In this document: piece after piece, positions 41,144 to 51,530 of the stretch
Layout of the letters: each line of letters opens with the position of its first letter
How positions within the stretch are numbered: position 1 is the stretch's first letter
From: Methanobacteriota archaeon
GTDB taxonomy: Archaea > Halobacteriota > Bog-38 > Methanoflorentales > Methanoflorentaceae
DNA: 64,000 bases
Assembly: GCA_963720465.1 (NCBI GenBank)
Contig: OY970393.1
Span: 1,120,001 to 1,184,000 of the forward strand
Direction: 5' to 3'
The notes under the pieces: generated by a model
What the model was told of the DNA's origin: nothing
The model's input: only the letters and a program-made list of their open reading frames with translations
Databases searched by the model: none
Translations under genes and position numbers: made by a program

Positions 41144-42595
41144 TTATCGCTGTCTCACGAGAAAACTGCTGAAGAAACGTACCTCGCTTGCGGTAAATCC
41201 TTTGAGGACAAACAGGATCGCTGTGTAGGCGACGGCGCAGGTCACGATCAGCGCGGAGACGCTCAACAATCCGGAGGCGTGCCATACCAGAACAAACGAC
41301 GATACCACGATCGATGCAAAAATACTTTTTAAAATGAAGCCAAAGTCCACATCGAGCGTCATATGTCGAACAGAATAAATCGCCGTAACCCCGAAAACAA
41401 AGCCGTAGCCCAGCACCGTCGTCAGAGCCGCAGCTATGATTCCAAAATAGGGAACGAGGACCAGATTAAGTCCGATGTTTAATGTCGCACCCAGGACCCA
41501 CATCGTGCCGATAATCGCCGTCCTTTTTTCAAACGTGAGCACGATCATGATTATAGACCACACTCCAAACAGCAGAGAGCTCAACGCGGTGAACGGCGTG
41601 ACCAGATAGCCGTTCGCAGCTATTGCAGGGGTCGTTAGTACCAGCAGTATAGGCTTCGACAGAACTGAAAACACGAACGCTGCGGGCACGGCAACGGCGA
41701 GGAAGTATTTTACCGAGTACCTGATAATCGTCTTCACGTCCGCAATTCTGTTTGCCTCATAATGCTCGTAGAGAGCCGTCGGAACTAGAATCGTAAAGGG
41801 CGTCGCCAAAACACTGATCGTCCAGCCAAGCTGGTACCCTGGGGAGTAGTACCCGACCCACGCGACACCTAAGAAGAACGTAATGATGTACCGATCGCTG
41901 ACACCTAACGCCCAACTCGACACGCTGCTGGGCACAAAAGGTAGGCCGTATTTTAGATACGCCTTTAGCTCAGAGAAACTCGGCATGGTCACCCCGATAT
42001 CTCTCAGGACGTAATAGGTCGAGATCAGGGCTATGAGTAGCAAAGTGATGAGATACCCGAAAACAGCTCCGGCGAGTCCGAGACCACCCACCACGAACGC
42101 TGCGATGAGTATAACGTAGAGAGCGGCCTGAAGCAACGAGACAATCGAGTATCGTTTCGCCTGTTGAAATGTCCTGAAGTAGGTCTGTGGCACGTAGTTG
42201 TACGCGGCCAAAAACGTGATTAATGGCAATAAGAGGGCGACGGTACGGTTACCGCCGAGCAAATGAGTAGCGACCGAATGTCCAAAGAAGAGAAGAAAGA
42301 GACTCGAAACAAAACCTACACCGAGAACAACGAGAGCGATAGAGTAGTAGCCTTCACGTATCTCGTCTTTGTTTTTTACCGGAGCTAGAAACCGTACCAT
42401 TGAATTCGGTAGGCCTAAAAGCACCACCATTGGCACAAAGTTGGCTGTAACGACGATTAACGACCAGATCCCGTAATCCTGAATTGTCAGGATCTTCGTC
42501 AGGATCGGTAGCAAGAGGACAGGACTGAACGAAACCACAAGGTTAGCTAGTCCCGTCAGCCCGATTCGTTTGACCAAAAGCTCGTAGTCACTCAC
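41144..42595 (-). CDS. Oligosaccharide flippase, paralogue of 39124..40575
   Basis: 483 aa, same motifs (LLPILTK, LGLPNSMVRF, SDRYII, GYYSPGY). Confidence 0.9.
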   Translation of the reverse strand: MSDYELLVKRIGLTGLANLVVSFSPVLLLPILTKILTIQDYGIWSLIVVTANFVPMVVLLGLPNSMVRFLAPVKNKDEIREGYYSIALVVLGVGFVSSLFLLFFGHSVATHLLGGNRTVALLLPLITFLAAYNYVPQTYFRTFQQAKRYSIVSLLQAALYVILIAAFVVGGLGLAGAVFGYLITLLLIALISTYYVLRDIGVTMPSFSELKAYLKYGLPFVPSSVSSWALGVSDRYIITFFLGVAWVGYYSPGYQLGWTISVLATPFTILVPTALYEHYEANRIADVKTIIRYSVKYFLAVAVPAAFVFSVLSKPILLVLTTPAIAANGYLVTPFTALSSLLFGVWSIIMIVLTFEKRTAIIGTMWVLGATLNIGLNLVLVPYFGIIAAALTTVLGYGFVFGVTAIYSVRHMTLDVDFGFILKSIFASIVVSSFVLVWHASGLLSVSALIVTCAVAYTAILFVLKGFTASEVRFFSSFLVRQR

Positions 42596-43110
42596 GGTGC
42601 CTCAAGATACGATAAACTACGGCAAGAACCACGCGCGGCCAGCCCCACAAGGTTTCGGTTTCTGTGATTGCACCGAGGCTCTGGGGTGCCCCGTCGCGAT
42701 TTATCATGAGGATCTCCTCGATCGCCTGGGAATGCAGCGGCGTCCTCATCTGCGCCATTTTCTGGTGAGCGCTGCTCACGAATGACGGCGTAGCTGCGTG
42801 TATTTCGGCGACATAGGCCGTGCGATTCGCATGCGGGAGTTCATCTTTTTTGTGTCAACAAACAGATTTAAAGCCTCCGCTTCGGACCGCGTTTCTACTC
42901 TTGTGCGATGGGTGGAAAGACGCACAGCACACTGCGAACATCCTCACGTTGATCGTGCGAGCGAACCGGGGGTTTACGGTCATACGCCAGAAGCGCGTTG
43001 AGGTTAGTCATATAGTAGTCCTGAGATGTGAAGGAACGAGCGCAACCTCGAAACACGCGCGCAGCTTGCTCGCCAGAATGGGAATCGGATCTGCGAACGA
43101 GTGAGACCAT

Positions 43111-43240
43111 GACGCATACGAGCGTGTCAGAAGATACGATAACGGCTACGGTCTGAAACCGGTAGCCAGAGGCAGCCCTCAATGCGCCCTAGGGCCTTGA
43201 AATAAAAAAAAGATAATGCGCTAGGAGCTACGAAGAGGCG
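43111..43240 (-). promoter_or_regulatory. Repeated upstream/promoter module, copy P3 (orphan, TATA degenerate)
   Basis: gacgcat...cgtgtcagaagata.gataacggctacggtctgaaaccggtagc...ccttgaaat matches 58016-58060, 36241 and 46655; no signal-peptide ORF follows. Confidence 0.65.
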
Positions 43241-43275
43241 AACAGAAACACGCTGCGCTATCCCTGTGACCTCTG

Positions 43276-43425
43276 CTAACTCGCCGTCACCGTCGCGTAC
43301 TTGGGCGCCATCGAAGCGCGCAGGCGCGTTCCTTGATACTTCGTGATGAATGCGTAGGTGCCGATATTCGGCTTCTGCGCGGTGAGCGAATACCAGCTGG
43401 TAGTGTTGGTCTTCGCGGTCGCCTC
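43276..43425 (-). pseudogene. Fossil C-terminal Ig half-domain downstream of the 43467 stop
   Basis: Translates EATAKTNTTSWYSLTAQKPNIGTYAFITKYQGTRLRASMAPKYATVTAS*; homologous DNA follows the stops at 46976 and 51531. Confidence 0.6.
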
Positions 43426-43466
43426 GTGCGTTATGCGCAAACAACACCCTCGCTAACGTGTCTCGA

Positions 43467-46400
43467 TTAATGTACGGTGATCGCCAGGACCGTGCTTGTC
43501 GATGCATTATACCACGTGTCGCCCGCGAAGGTGGCGTAGTAGTAGCGTGTGCCGGCTGATGTCCACTTCTGTGTGAACGTGGCCGTGCCGCTCGCGTTCG
43601 TATATATCGTTGTGTCGTTGTAGCGCACGCCGTTGAGGGTGTGCCAGATCTGTATCGGCTTGCCGCTCGCAGTGACGGCCACCCATTGGCTGGTTGCGGG
43701 GTTCCACCACGAGAGCGTGGCGGTGAAGGTGACGGACTGGTTGACGGCGGGGGTGGTGGTGGACGGGGTTAGGGTGACGTTGGTCTTGGCGGTGACGTTC
43801 ACCGTGACGACGCCGCACGTCGATGCTTGATAGGAGCTGTCACCGGCGAAGGTGGCGTAGTAGGAACGTGTGCCAGGAGAGGCCCAGCTTGTGGTGAGGG
43901 TGATCTGGCCGGTGGAGTTGGTGACGTTGGTGGTGTCGTTGTAGCGAATGCCGCTAAGGAGGTGGTAGATCGTAACGTTCTCTCCTGAGAGAGAGGCCCC
44001 ACTGCTACTCAAAGTGGCGTTGAAGGTGACCGGTTGGTTGACGAGGGGGGTGGTGTTTGACGCGGTGAGGGTGAGCGCGGTCGGCATCTTGGTGACGGTG
44101 GTGACGTTGATGGTGACGACGCTGCTTGTCGAGTTCTGATAGGAGCTGTCACCGGCGAAGGTGGCGTAGTAGGTGCGTGTGCCGGGAGAGCCAAAGCTCG
44201 TGGTGACGGTGATCTGACCGGTGGAGTTGGTGGTGTTGGTGGTGTCGTTGTAGCGGACGTTGTTGAGGAGGTGGTAGACCGTAACGTTCTCTCCTGGGAG
44301 GGGCGTTGTGCCGTTACTCAAGGTGGCGTTGAAGGTGACCGGTTGGCTGACGGCGGGGGTGGTGTTTGACGCGGTGAGGGTGAGCGCGGTCGGCATCTTG
44401 GTGACGGTGACGTTGACGACGTTGCTCGTGGCGGTGGTGTACGTGGCGTTCTCGTCGTAGGCGGTGCGGTAGTAGTACGTGCCCGCAGCTGACTCGTTGT
44501 TACTGAACTGATAGCCGCCCGTCGCATTGGTCACGTTCGTTGTGACGTTGTACCACGTGACGTTGTCTGTGGAACGCTGCAGGGTAATGGTCGCGTTACC
44601 CATCCCAACAGCGCTGGCACTCAGCGTGCCGTTGACGGTGAAGTTCTGGTTGACGGATGCTGTGGATGGGACGCTGACGGTGAGCGCGGTCGGCATCTTG
44701 GTGACGGTGACGTTGACGACGTTGCTCGTGGCGGTGGTGTACGTGGCGTTCTCGTCGTAGGCGGTGCGGTAGTAGTACGTGCCCGCAGCTGACTCGTTGT
44801 TACTGAACTGATAGCCGCCCGTCGCATTGGTCACGTTCGTTGTGACGTTGTACCACGTGACGTTGTCTGTGGAACGCTGCAGGGTAATGGTCGCGTTACC
44901 CATCCCAACAGCGCTGGCACTCAGCGTGCCGTTGACGGTGAAGTTCTGGTTGACGGATGCTGTGGATGGGACGCTGACGGTGAGCGCGGTCGGCATCTTG
45001 GTGACGGTGGTGACGTTGATGGTGACGACGCTGCTTGTCGAGTTCTGATAGGAGCTGTCACCGGCGAAGGTGGCGTAGTAGGTGCGTGTGCCGGGAGAGC
45101 CAAAGCTCGTGGTGACGGTGATCTGACCGGTGGAGTTGGTGGTGTTGGTGGTGTCGTTGTAGCGGACGTTGTTGAGGAGGTGGTAGACCGTAACGTTCTC
45201 TCCTGGGAGGGGCGTTGTGCCGTTACTCAAGGTGGCGTTGAAGGTGACCGGTTGGCTGACGGCGGGGGTGGTGTTTGACGCGGTGAGGGTGAGCGCGGTC
45301 GGCATCTTGGTGACGGTGACGTTGACGACGTTGCTCGTGGCGGTGGTGTACGTGGCGTTCTCGTCGTAGGCGGTGCGGTAGTAGTACGTCCCGGCGGCAC
45401 TCTCATTCCTGCTGAAGGCATATCCCCCGGTGCCGTTGGTGGTGTTTGCCATCGGTGGAGTGACGTTCGTCCACGTGGCGTTGTTCGTAAAGCGCTGCAG
45501 CGTAATGTTCCCGTCCGCAATGCCGGTAGTGTCGGTACGCAGCGTGCCGTTGATGGTGAAGTTCTGGTTAACATAGGCGGTGGCCGTAGAGACCGTGGCG
45601 TTGAGGGCAATCGCTGGGTAGTAAGTTTGTAGATTCGCGACTATCTGTGGGAATTCTAGGTTAGTATAATCATTAAGCGCGTTGGCATCATTGCCACACC
45701 ACACGCAAAACTGATTGAAGCCGATACCATTAGCATACGACCAATTCAGCATTGAAAGATATGATGGTGTGCTGCTGCTGCCGGGAAGTGAGTTGGCATA
45801 TATCTGGTTGTCGCTGTTGACGTTGGCCCACAAGCCTGCCATGACGCCGTTCTGGATGCCAAGCGCCGCGGCGTCTTTTGATCCATTTTGGATGTAAGGC
45901 CACTCAGATGGGTAGTAGCTCTCCCAACTGTTCAGGACCGTGAATGGGTTTATATACAAGTTTTGCCACAGGCCACAGTCGTCGCAATTGTAGTTTACGT
46001 ATGCCTTGAAAAAATTCTGCATGTAAGCAAGATCGGTCGAGTTGAGCCCCTCGGAGGCAACATATTCCCACCCGGCGTTTTCGAGTGATTGAAAGTAGGC
46101 ACGAAAACTGGTTATAGGGGTATTTTGAAGCTTTCCGCCGTTCCAAATGACCATTTCAACATCAATAACCGGCTGCATGCCAAGCGCTTTGATAGTATTG
46201 AGCTCGGCCTGGTATGTTCCATTGTCGGGAACTACCAGTTCTACGATGGAAAACCCGTATCCCTTAAAAGAGGCAAGTGACGAGCCATCATCTACCATCG
46301 ACGGCGGACCCGCGATAGCGTACTGTATCGGGTGCGTGGTGGCGCCTACGGTAGGGCTCGCGTTCGCCGTCGGACTTGGTAAACTCGCGGCATTTGCCGT

Positions 46401-46520
46401 CGCCGTTGTAATAGAAAGCAAAACCACAGCCAGAAGTAAAAAAGTCGCATATTTTCTACCACGCCGACTCCAAATGTGCGTGCGAGCGTGCGTTTTTCTA
46501 TGAGGGACTGACTTGTTCAT
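43467..46520 (-). CDS. Secreted protein: unknown (possibly GH-like) head + 7 Ig-like stalk repeats (B-A-B-B-A-A-A')
   Basis: RRGRK + hydrophobic signal; ~240-aa alpha/beta head; ~100-aa repeats including a perfect 300-bp tandem and a 909-bp-offset duplication. Confidence 0.85.
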   Translation of the reverse strand: MNKSVPHRKTHARTHIWSRRGRKYATFLLLAVVLLSITTATANAASLPSPTANASPTVGATTHPIQYAIAGPPSMVDDGSSLASFKGYGFSIVELVVPDNGTYQAELNTIKALGMQPVIDVEMVIWNGGKLQNTPITSFRAYFQSLENAGWEYVASEGLNSTDLAYMQNFFKAYVNYNCDDCGLWQNLYINPFTVLNSWESYYPSEWPYIQNGSKDAAALGIQNGVMAGLWANVNSDNQIYANSLPGSSSTPSYLSMLNWSYANGIGFNQFCVWCGNDANALNDYTNLEFPQIVANLQTYYPAIALNATVSTATAYVNQNFTINGTLRTDTTGIADGNITLQRFTNNATWTNVTPPMANTTNGTGGYAFSRNESAAGTYYYRTAYDENATYTTATSNVVNVTVTKMPTALTLTASNTTPAVSQPVTFNATLSNGTTPLPGENVTVYHLLNNVRYNDTTNTTNSTGQITVTTSFGSPGTRTYYATFAGDSSYQNSTSSVVTINVTTVTKMPTALTVSVPSTASVNQNFTVNGTLSASAVGMGNATITLQRSTDNVTWYNVTTNVTNATGGYQFSNNESAAGTYYYRTAYDENATYTTATSNVVNVTVTKMPTALTVSVPSTASVNQNFTVNGTLSASAVGMGNATITLQRSTDNVTWYNVTTNVTNATGGYQFSNNESAAGTYYYRTAYDENATYTTATSNVVNVTVTKMPTALTLTASNTTPAVSQPVTFNATLSNGTTPLPGENVTVYHLLNNVRYNDTTNTTNSTGQITVTTSFGSPGTRTYYATFAGDSSYQNSTSSVVTINVTTVTKMPTALTLTASNTTPLVNQPVTFNATLSSSGASLSGENVTIYHLLSGIRYNDTTNVTNSTGQITLTTSWASPGTRSYYATFAGDSSYQASTCGVVTVNVTAKTNVTLTPSTTTPAVNQSVTFTATLSWWNPATSQWVAVTASGKPIQIWHTLNGVRYNDTTIYTNASGTATFTQKWTSAGTRYYYATFAGDTWYNASTSTVLAITVH
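44401..45000. repeat. Perfect 300-bp tandem duplication (type-B repeat)
   Basis: 44401-44700 is identical to 44701-45000. Confidence 0.93.
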
Positions 46521-46611
46521 GGATGGCTCTGGCGAAAAAAGCTGCGACGCCTACAAATACCACGGTAATCAGAGTGGCTGCAAAAAACGAGACGATGTTG
46601 CATGCGCGCAT
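46498..46611 (-). pseudogene. Vestigial family signal-peptide ORF upstream of 43467..46520
   Basis: MRACNIVSFFAATLITVVFVGVAAFF is homologous to the leaders at 15820, 36206 and 51042, but is out of frame with the downstream gene. Confidence 0.7.
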
Positions 46612-46654
46612 GGCTCGAAAAACGTTCTTAGCCCTAAAAAAAATGTTAAAGGAT

Positions 46655-46760
46655 GATAAAGGCTGCGGTCTGAAACCGGTAGCGAAAGGCAGCACTCAAT
46701 GCGTCTAAGGCCTTGAAATCGAAAAAAAAAGGAATGACGAGCCGCTAAGGAGGGGATTAA
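46655..46760 (-). promoter_or_regulatory. Repeated upstream/promoter module, copy P4
   Basis: gataaaggctgcggtctgaaaccggtagcgaaaggcagcactcaatgcg...ccttgaaatcgaaaaa; CTTTAT ~45 bp before ATG 46611. Confidence 0.7.
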
Positions 46761-46975
46761 AGGAACACGCTCTGATAATGTGTGACCTCTGCTAACCCTC
46801 CCACCATCACGGTAGCTTATCGTGTCGCCGACCGGGTCCATTGATACTTCGGCAGGAACGCGTAGGTGCCGACGATATCGGCTCCCGCTCGGTGAGCGAA
46901 TACCAGCTGGTATTGTTGGTCTTCGCGGTCGCCTCGCGCGTTATGGCAAACAACGCCCTCGCTCGCGGGTCTGGA

Positions 46976-49687
46976 CTAATGAACGATGATCGTCACGACC
47001 GTGCTCGTCGTTGCCTGGTAGGAGCTGTCGCCGGCGAAGGTGGCGTAGTAGGTGCGTGTGCCGGGAGAGCCGAAGCTCGTGGTGACGGTGATTTGGCCGG
47101 TGGCGTTGGTGGCGTTGGTGGTGTCGTTGTAGCGGACGTTGTTGAGGTAGTGGTAGATGGTGACGTTCTCAGACGGGAGGGGGGTTCCACTGCTCGTCAA
47201 AGCGGCGTTGAAGGTGACGGATTGGTTGACGGTGGGGGTGGTGGTGGACGCGGTGAGGGTTACGCTCGTTTGAGGCTTGGCAGTGACGTTGACTGTGACG
47301 ACGCTGCTCGTTGAGTTCTGATAGGAGCTGTCGCCGGCGAAAGTGGCGTAGTAGGTGCGTGTGCCGGGAGAGCCGAAGCTCGTGGTGACGGTGATTTGGC
47401 CGGTGGCGTTGGTGGTGTTGGTGGTGTCGTTGTAGCGGACGTTGTTGAGGTAGTGGTAGATGGTGACGTTCTCAGACGGGAGGGGGGTTCCACTGCTCGT
47501 CAAAGTGGCGTTGAAGGTGACGGATTGGTTGACGACGGGAGTGGTGGTGGACCCGGTGAGGGTGAGCGCGTTCGCCGCCTTGGTGACGTTGACGGTGACG
47601 ACGCTGCTCGTGACGTTGCCGTACGTGGCGTTGCCGTCATAGGCGGTGCGGTAGTAGTATGTGTTCGCCGCCGACTCGTTGTTGCTGAACTGGTAGCCGC
47701 CCATCGCGTTCGTCACGTTCGTCGTGACGTTGCTCCACGTGGCGTTGTTCGTGGAACGCTGTAGGGTAATGGTCGCGTTACCTATCCCAACAGCGCTGGC
47801 GCTCAGCGTGCCGTTGACGAAGAAGTTCTGCTTCGTCAGTGCTGATCCCGGCGCGGCAATGGTGAGCGCGGTCGCAGCCTTAGTGACGCTGGTGACGTTG
47901 ACGGTGACGACACTGCTCGTCGATGCTTGGTAGGAGCTGTCACCGGCGAAGGTGGCGTAGTAGGTGCGTTGTCCGGGAGAGCCAAAGCTCGTGGCGACGG
48001 TGATCTGGCCGCTTTGGTTAGTGGCGTTGGTGGTGTCGTTGTAGCGGACGTTGTTGAGGTAGTGGTAGATGGTGACGGACTCCGACGGTAGGGCCGTTCC
48101 ATTGCTACTCAAGGTGGCGTTGAAGGCGACGGACTGGTTGACGGCGGGGGTGGAGTTGGACTCGGTGAGGGTGAGGGTGGTCGGCATCTTGGTGACGGTG
48201 GTGACGTTGATGGTGACGACGCCGCTCGTCGAGTTCTGATACGAGCTGTCGCCGGCGAAGGTGGCGTAGTAGGTGCGTTGTCCGGGAGAGCCGAAGCTCG
48301 TGGTGACGGTGATTTGGCCGGTGGCGTTGGTGGCGTTGGTGGTGTCGTTGTAGCGGACGTTGTTGAGGTAGTGGTAGATGGTGACGTTCTCGCCTGAGAG
48401 GGGGCTTGTCCCGTTACTCAAGGTGGCGTTGAAGGTGACCGGTTGGCTGACGGCTGGGGTGGTGTTTGACGCGGTGAGGGTGACGGTGGTCGGCATCTTT
48501 ACCGCCATGAAGACAGCCTCAAGCCATCCGTCTGAATTAACCTGGACTGTGGTGGGGTCAGCGTTTATGTTAGCGACGTAGACTCCGCTTCCAGAGGAGC
48601 CACTATGGCCACTGTACTCCCAATGATCGAATTGATAGCCGGTTGGAGCGTTTGCAGTAGCTTGATAGTTATTATCTGCATACTCCGCAGTCTGACCGTT
48701 AGAATAAGTTTGGCCACTAAAGGTAATCGTTCCCGGAGAAGCAGCAAAGCTTGTAGGATCCGTCTCAAATACTACAGTTGCCAGGGGATTGTGCACAAGC
48801 ACAGAGTTACCACTTATAATCACCGCTACGTTGCTTGGAGCCCCGCTGGACCAGGAAGTCCAGGTTGCAGCGTTTTCACCGCCACCGGTCGGTACCCAAT
48901 AGTTGTCGTAGAAGTAGAAGTCAAAGGCCGGAGAACCTCCAGAGGTGTCAGTCTGCCAGATCTCCTCATAGTCCGTATAGTTATAGTATCCCGAATAAAG
49001 GGAAGATACAACCAAGTAGTTTCCACCAGTAGGCGCGTCAAGGGACCAAACCTGTGTTGAATTTTGATAGGCAATGAACTGGGTGACGCCACCTTCGGTG
49101 GTAATGCTAAACGTGTAGGTAGCTCCTACGGACAGAGCCATGGCATTTGATGAATAATGATAGGTGGGATTACTTGCCGGACCACTTGTCCATGAGTAGC
49201 TTAATCCCCAGGTACCATACGTGTTAGAAAATCCGAGCTGATCGTAGCTTCCATTACTATCCCAAGCTGAAAGGATTACGTAATAGAATTCATCTGACAA
49301 AGGTGCAGAATAGGGAACCCTAATAGTCACGTTAATGGTCTGCGCAGTTTCGCTAGACCCCTGGTAGTCGCTCCCAGCATACCAGTGAGTACTATATTCT
49401 GGGGGAGAAACAGATGCTGAAGCAGATACAGGCGGTGCAAGTGTAGGATATATGGTACGCCCGCTAACCACGGGGAAGGACTGCCCCTGGGTCCAAGACA
49501 ACGCAGGTACCAGTCCGACCGTGCCGCCAAGCGTTTGCGAGACCGCAACTCCTGCGGCTTTCTGACCACTTGCTCCTCCTACGTTGCCCCCCGCGCTTAC
49601 GCTTGCAGAGCTGACACAGACTGCACAGAGGGAGACGAGCACGATAGTCGCTAAGACGATACTAATAAAACTTCGTTTATGATTCAC
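46976..49687 (-). CDS. Secreted protein: beta-rich head (possibly G1 glutamic-peptidase-like) + InlB-B-like repeat + 5 stalk repeats (A-A-B-A-A)
   Basis: Signal peptide MNHKRSFISIVL; head with HWYAG, YDQLGF and DYEE; GYQFDHW...WLEAVF repeat; stalk repeats. Confidence 0.8.
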   Translation of the reverse strand: MNHKRSFISIVLATIVLVSLCAVCVSSASVSAGGNVGGASGQKAAGVAVSQTLGGTVGLVPALSWTQGQSFPVVSGRTIYPTLAPPVSASASVSPPEYSTHWYAGSDYQGSSETAQTINVTIRVPYSAPLSDEFYYVILSAWDSNGSYDQLGFSNTYGTWGLSYSWTSGPASNPTYHYSSNAMALSVGATYTFSITTEGGVTQFIAYQNSTQVWSLDAPTGGNYLVVSSLYSGYYNYTDYEEIWQTDTSGGSPAFDFYFYDNYWVPTGGGENAATWTSWSSGAPSNVAVIISGNSVLVHNPLATVVFETDPTSFAASPGTITFSGQTYSNGQTAEYADNNYQATANAPTGYQFDHWEYSGHSGSSGSGVYVANINADPTTVQVNSDGWLEAVFMAVKMPTTVTLTASNTTPAVSQPVTFNATLSNGTSPLSGENVTIYHYLNNVRYNDTTNATNATGQITVTTSFGSPGQRTYYATFAGDSSYQNSTSGVVTINVTTVTKMPTTLTLTESNSTPAVNQSVAFNATLSSNGTALPSESVTIYHYLNNVRYNDTTNATNQSGQITVATSFGSPGQRTYYATFAGDSSYQASTSSVVTVNVTSVTKAATALTIAAPGSALTKQNFFVNGTLSASAVGIGNATITLQRSTNNATWSNVTTNVTNAMGGYQFSNNESAANTYYYRTAYDGNATYGNVTSSVVTVNVTKAANALTLTGSTTTPVVNQSVTFNATLTSSGTPLPSENVTIYHYLNNVRYNDTTNTTNATGQITVTTSFGSPGTRTYYATFAGDSSYQNSTSSVVTVNVTAKPQTSVTLTASTTTPTVNQSVTFNAALTSSGTPLPSENVTIYHYLNNVRYNDTTNATNATGQITVTTSFGSPGTRTYYATFAGDSSYQATTSTVVTIIVH

Positions 49688-50244
49688 CCACTCCCCTCCC
49701 CGCTGCAGCGAACAGTCAGGCGCCGCTTCCGTGTGAAATCAGAAACTAAAACATATAAGCTTAAGCACATCCGCGATAAAGATTATGTGACGCGGGATTT
49801 TCACCATATGTGCAGACGGCGCCATTTACGTATTGAAGTTTGGTTTGCGCTCAACGCTTAGAATACGGCCTTTTTGACTCTAATGACAGCGTCAGAGCAA
49901 AGCGATCATGTAATGTGAGATGCAGTGTATAGGTAACGACCAGGAGGGGAAAAATGATTTTACAGGGCGTATTTCTAACTGAGGGCGATGCAGAGCTTTT
50001 TAGTCGTGCGCTGGCAGAAGTGAAGACAAGGTATGTGCAGGCTCCGACACGAGCTTGGATAATACCTAGGACTAAATGCGCTCGTTTCAAGCTTCAGAAC
50101 CGCTGCGAAAACAGGACGAGAGCCTGAGAGATCTAGATTCAAGCGCCCGAAAGTAGACTCGCTGAATAAACTCAATCCATTGTTATGTTTAAATAGATCT
50201 AAAGATTTTTTATAAGAAGCTTTCACTTCAAGAGATGATGCAAT

Positions 50245-50751
50245 GTGAACAAGGTTCTTATTGCCTTGTCTTCTATCGCTGTTCTTGTGGCACTAGCGGC
50301 AGTTGTCGTGTTTGCCGCTCAACATGCACAGCCGCAGACAGCTCGAACGACTACTGGAACGACTACAACTATGGCAACAAATGTGGCGGGGCTTCCCCCT
50401 TTCGCAAACCCCGATTTCGACGTACTGCTACGTCCGTCTATTGCCGCTATTCCAGACAGCGGGGGATCAGTCAGTGTATCTATCACATTGAAAGCGACAC
50501 ACCTGAATACTAGCGAATTGCTAGTTCTTGAGACGCATTCCAAGATCCCAGGATATGTGGCTGACTTCAAGCCCACATCAGTAACGCTCCATCCTGGTGA
50601 TTTGACCAGTGCAGAATTAACGGTCGTTATCCCTAGCGGGATCCAGAATGGCACCTACCCAATATCTATTGTGGCGAGGGGGGAAACGACTCAAGGCGGA
50701 AGCTGGTTGATACTTGTAGTTGGTCTCGCACAGCCAATCCCGCCACCCTAG
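50245..50751 (+). CDS. Small secreted or membrane-anchored protein with one Ig-like domain
   Basis: Hydrophobic N-terminus, Thr-rich linker, PTSVTL...LTVVIP..GTYPISIVA pattern; ttttataa box upstream. Confidence 0.65.
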   Translation: MNKVLIALSSIAVLVALAAVVVFAAQHAQPQTARTTTGTTTTMATNVAGLPPFANPDFDVLLRPSIAAIPDSGGSVSVSITLKATHLNTSELLVLETHSKIPGYVADFKPTSVTLHPGDLTSAELTVVIPSGIQNGTYPISIVARGETTQGGSWLILVVGLAQPIPPP

Positions 50752-50811
50752 CAATTCGACGCATAAAATTCACTTCTTTGTCAGAGTGCGCGGCATCGTT
50801 CAACATGAGCC

Positions 50812-51042
50812 ATAGCGACGGCCGGGGAAGAGTCAACCAGTTTCCGGTCGTGAAGTTCCACAGCAGCCTTCTGTTCGACGACACTGGCCCTCCAACCGGG
50901 CTATAATCACCAGTGTGCTGGGCGTTATAATGAAACATCATCGTATCGGCCTGTGCGCTGCAGGAACGGTTACAGCGCCTGCGAATAAGACAGCAATGAG
51001 AAGAATGACTATAGAAAATGGCACGATTTTGCACGCGCGCAT
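50812..51042 (-). pseudogene. Truncated, frameshifted paralogue of the PQQ-like propeller gene
   Basis: MRACKIVPFSIVILLIAVLFAGAVTV / QADTMMFHYNAQHTGDYSPVGG...LLWNFTTG / DSSPAVA vs QYDTMQFRYSAQHTGDYSPVAG at 36.1 kb; promoter-module core at 51099. Confidence 0.85.
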
Positions 51043-51530
51043 GAGTACCTCTTGCAATGTTCGCAGACGCTAGACGCCTAAAAACGTCCAGAAGAAACTA
51101 TAAAGGCTTCGGTTGAAATGTGACCGCAGAAACTGTGCATGGTGTTCAAGTGGTCAAAAAATGAATACGTTCGAGCGATCAGACACGCGTTTGATCGCCA
51201 TTCTTTCCGCCTTCGTTGCGGCCGCTTACCGGTGCCTTTTTTCTTGGTAGGTTCTCCTTTGTTCGGAGTGTGCTGCGCAGCCAGTAGTTGAAACGCTGCT
51301 ACCGCGACGGCGCTTCATTTACGCCCCCCAACACCTTGTTTGCGACAGCCGTACTCTTCCTTCTTTCTACCGCCGCCGAAACGTATCTCTTAAGATTAGG
51401 TCTGGCCCAGAAGCCAACCTTTGGTGCCACATTTGGCTCCCGCGTGGCGAGCGAATATCAGCTGGTATTGTTGGTCTTCGCGGTCGCCTCGCGCGTTATG
51501 GCAAACAACGCCCTCGCTCGCGGGTCTGGA

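Noticed and set aside
40813-41172. 119-aa ORF between the flippases
   Set aside because: No recognisable motif and antisense-overlapping a flippase end; probably non-coding or decayed.
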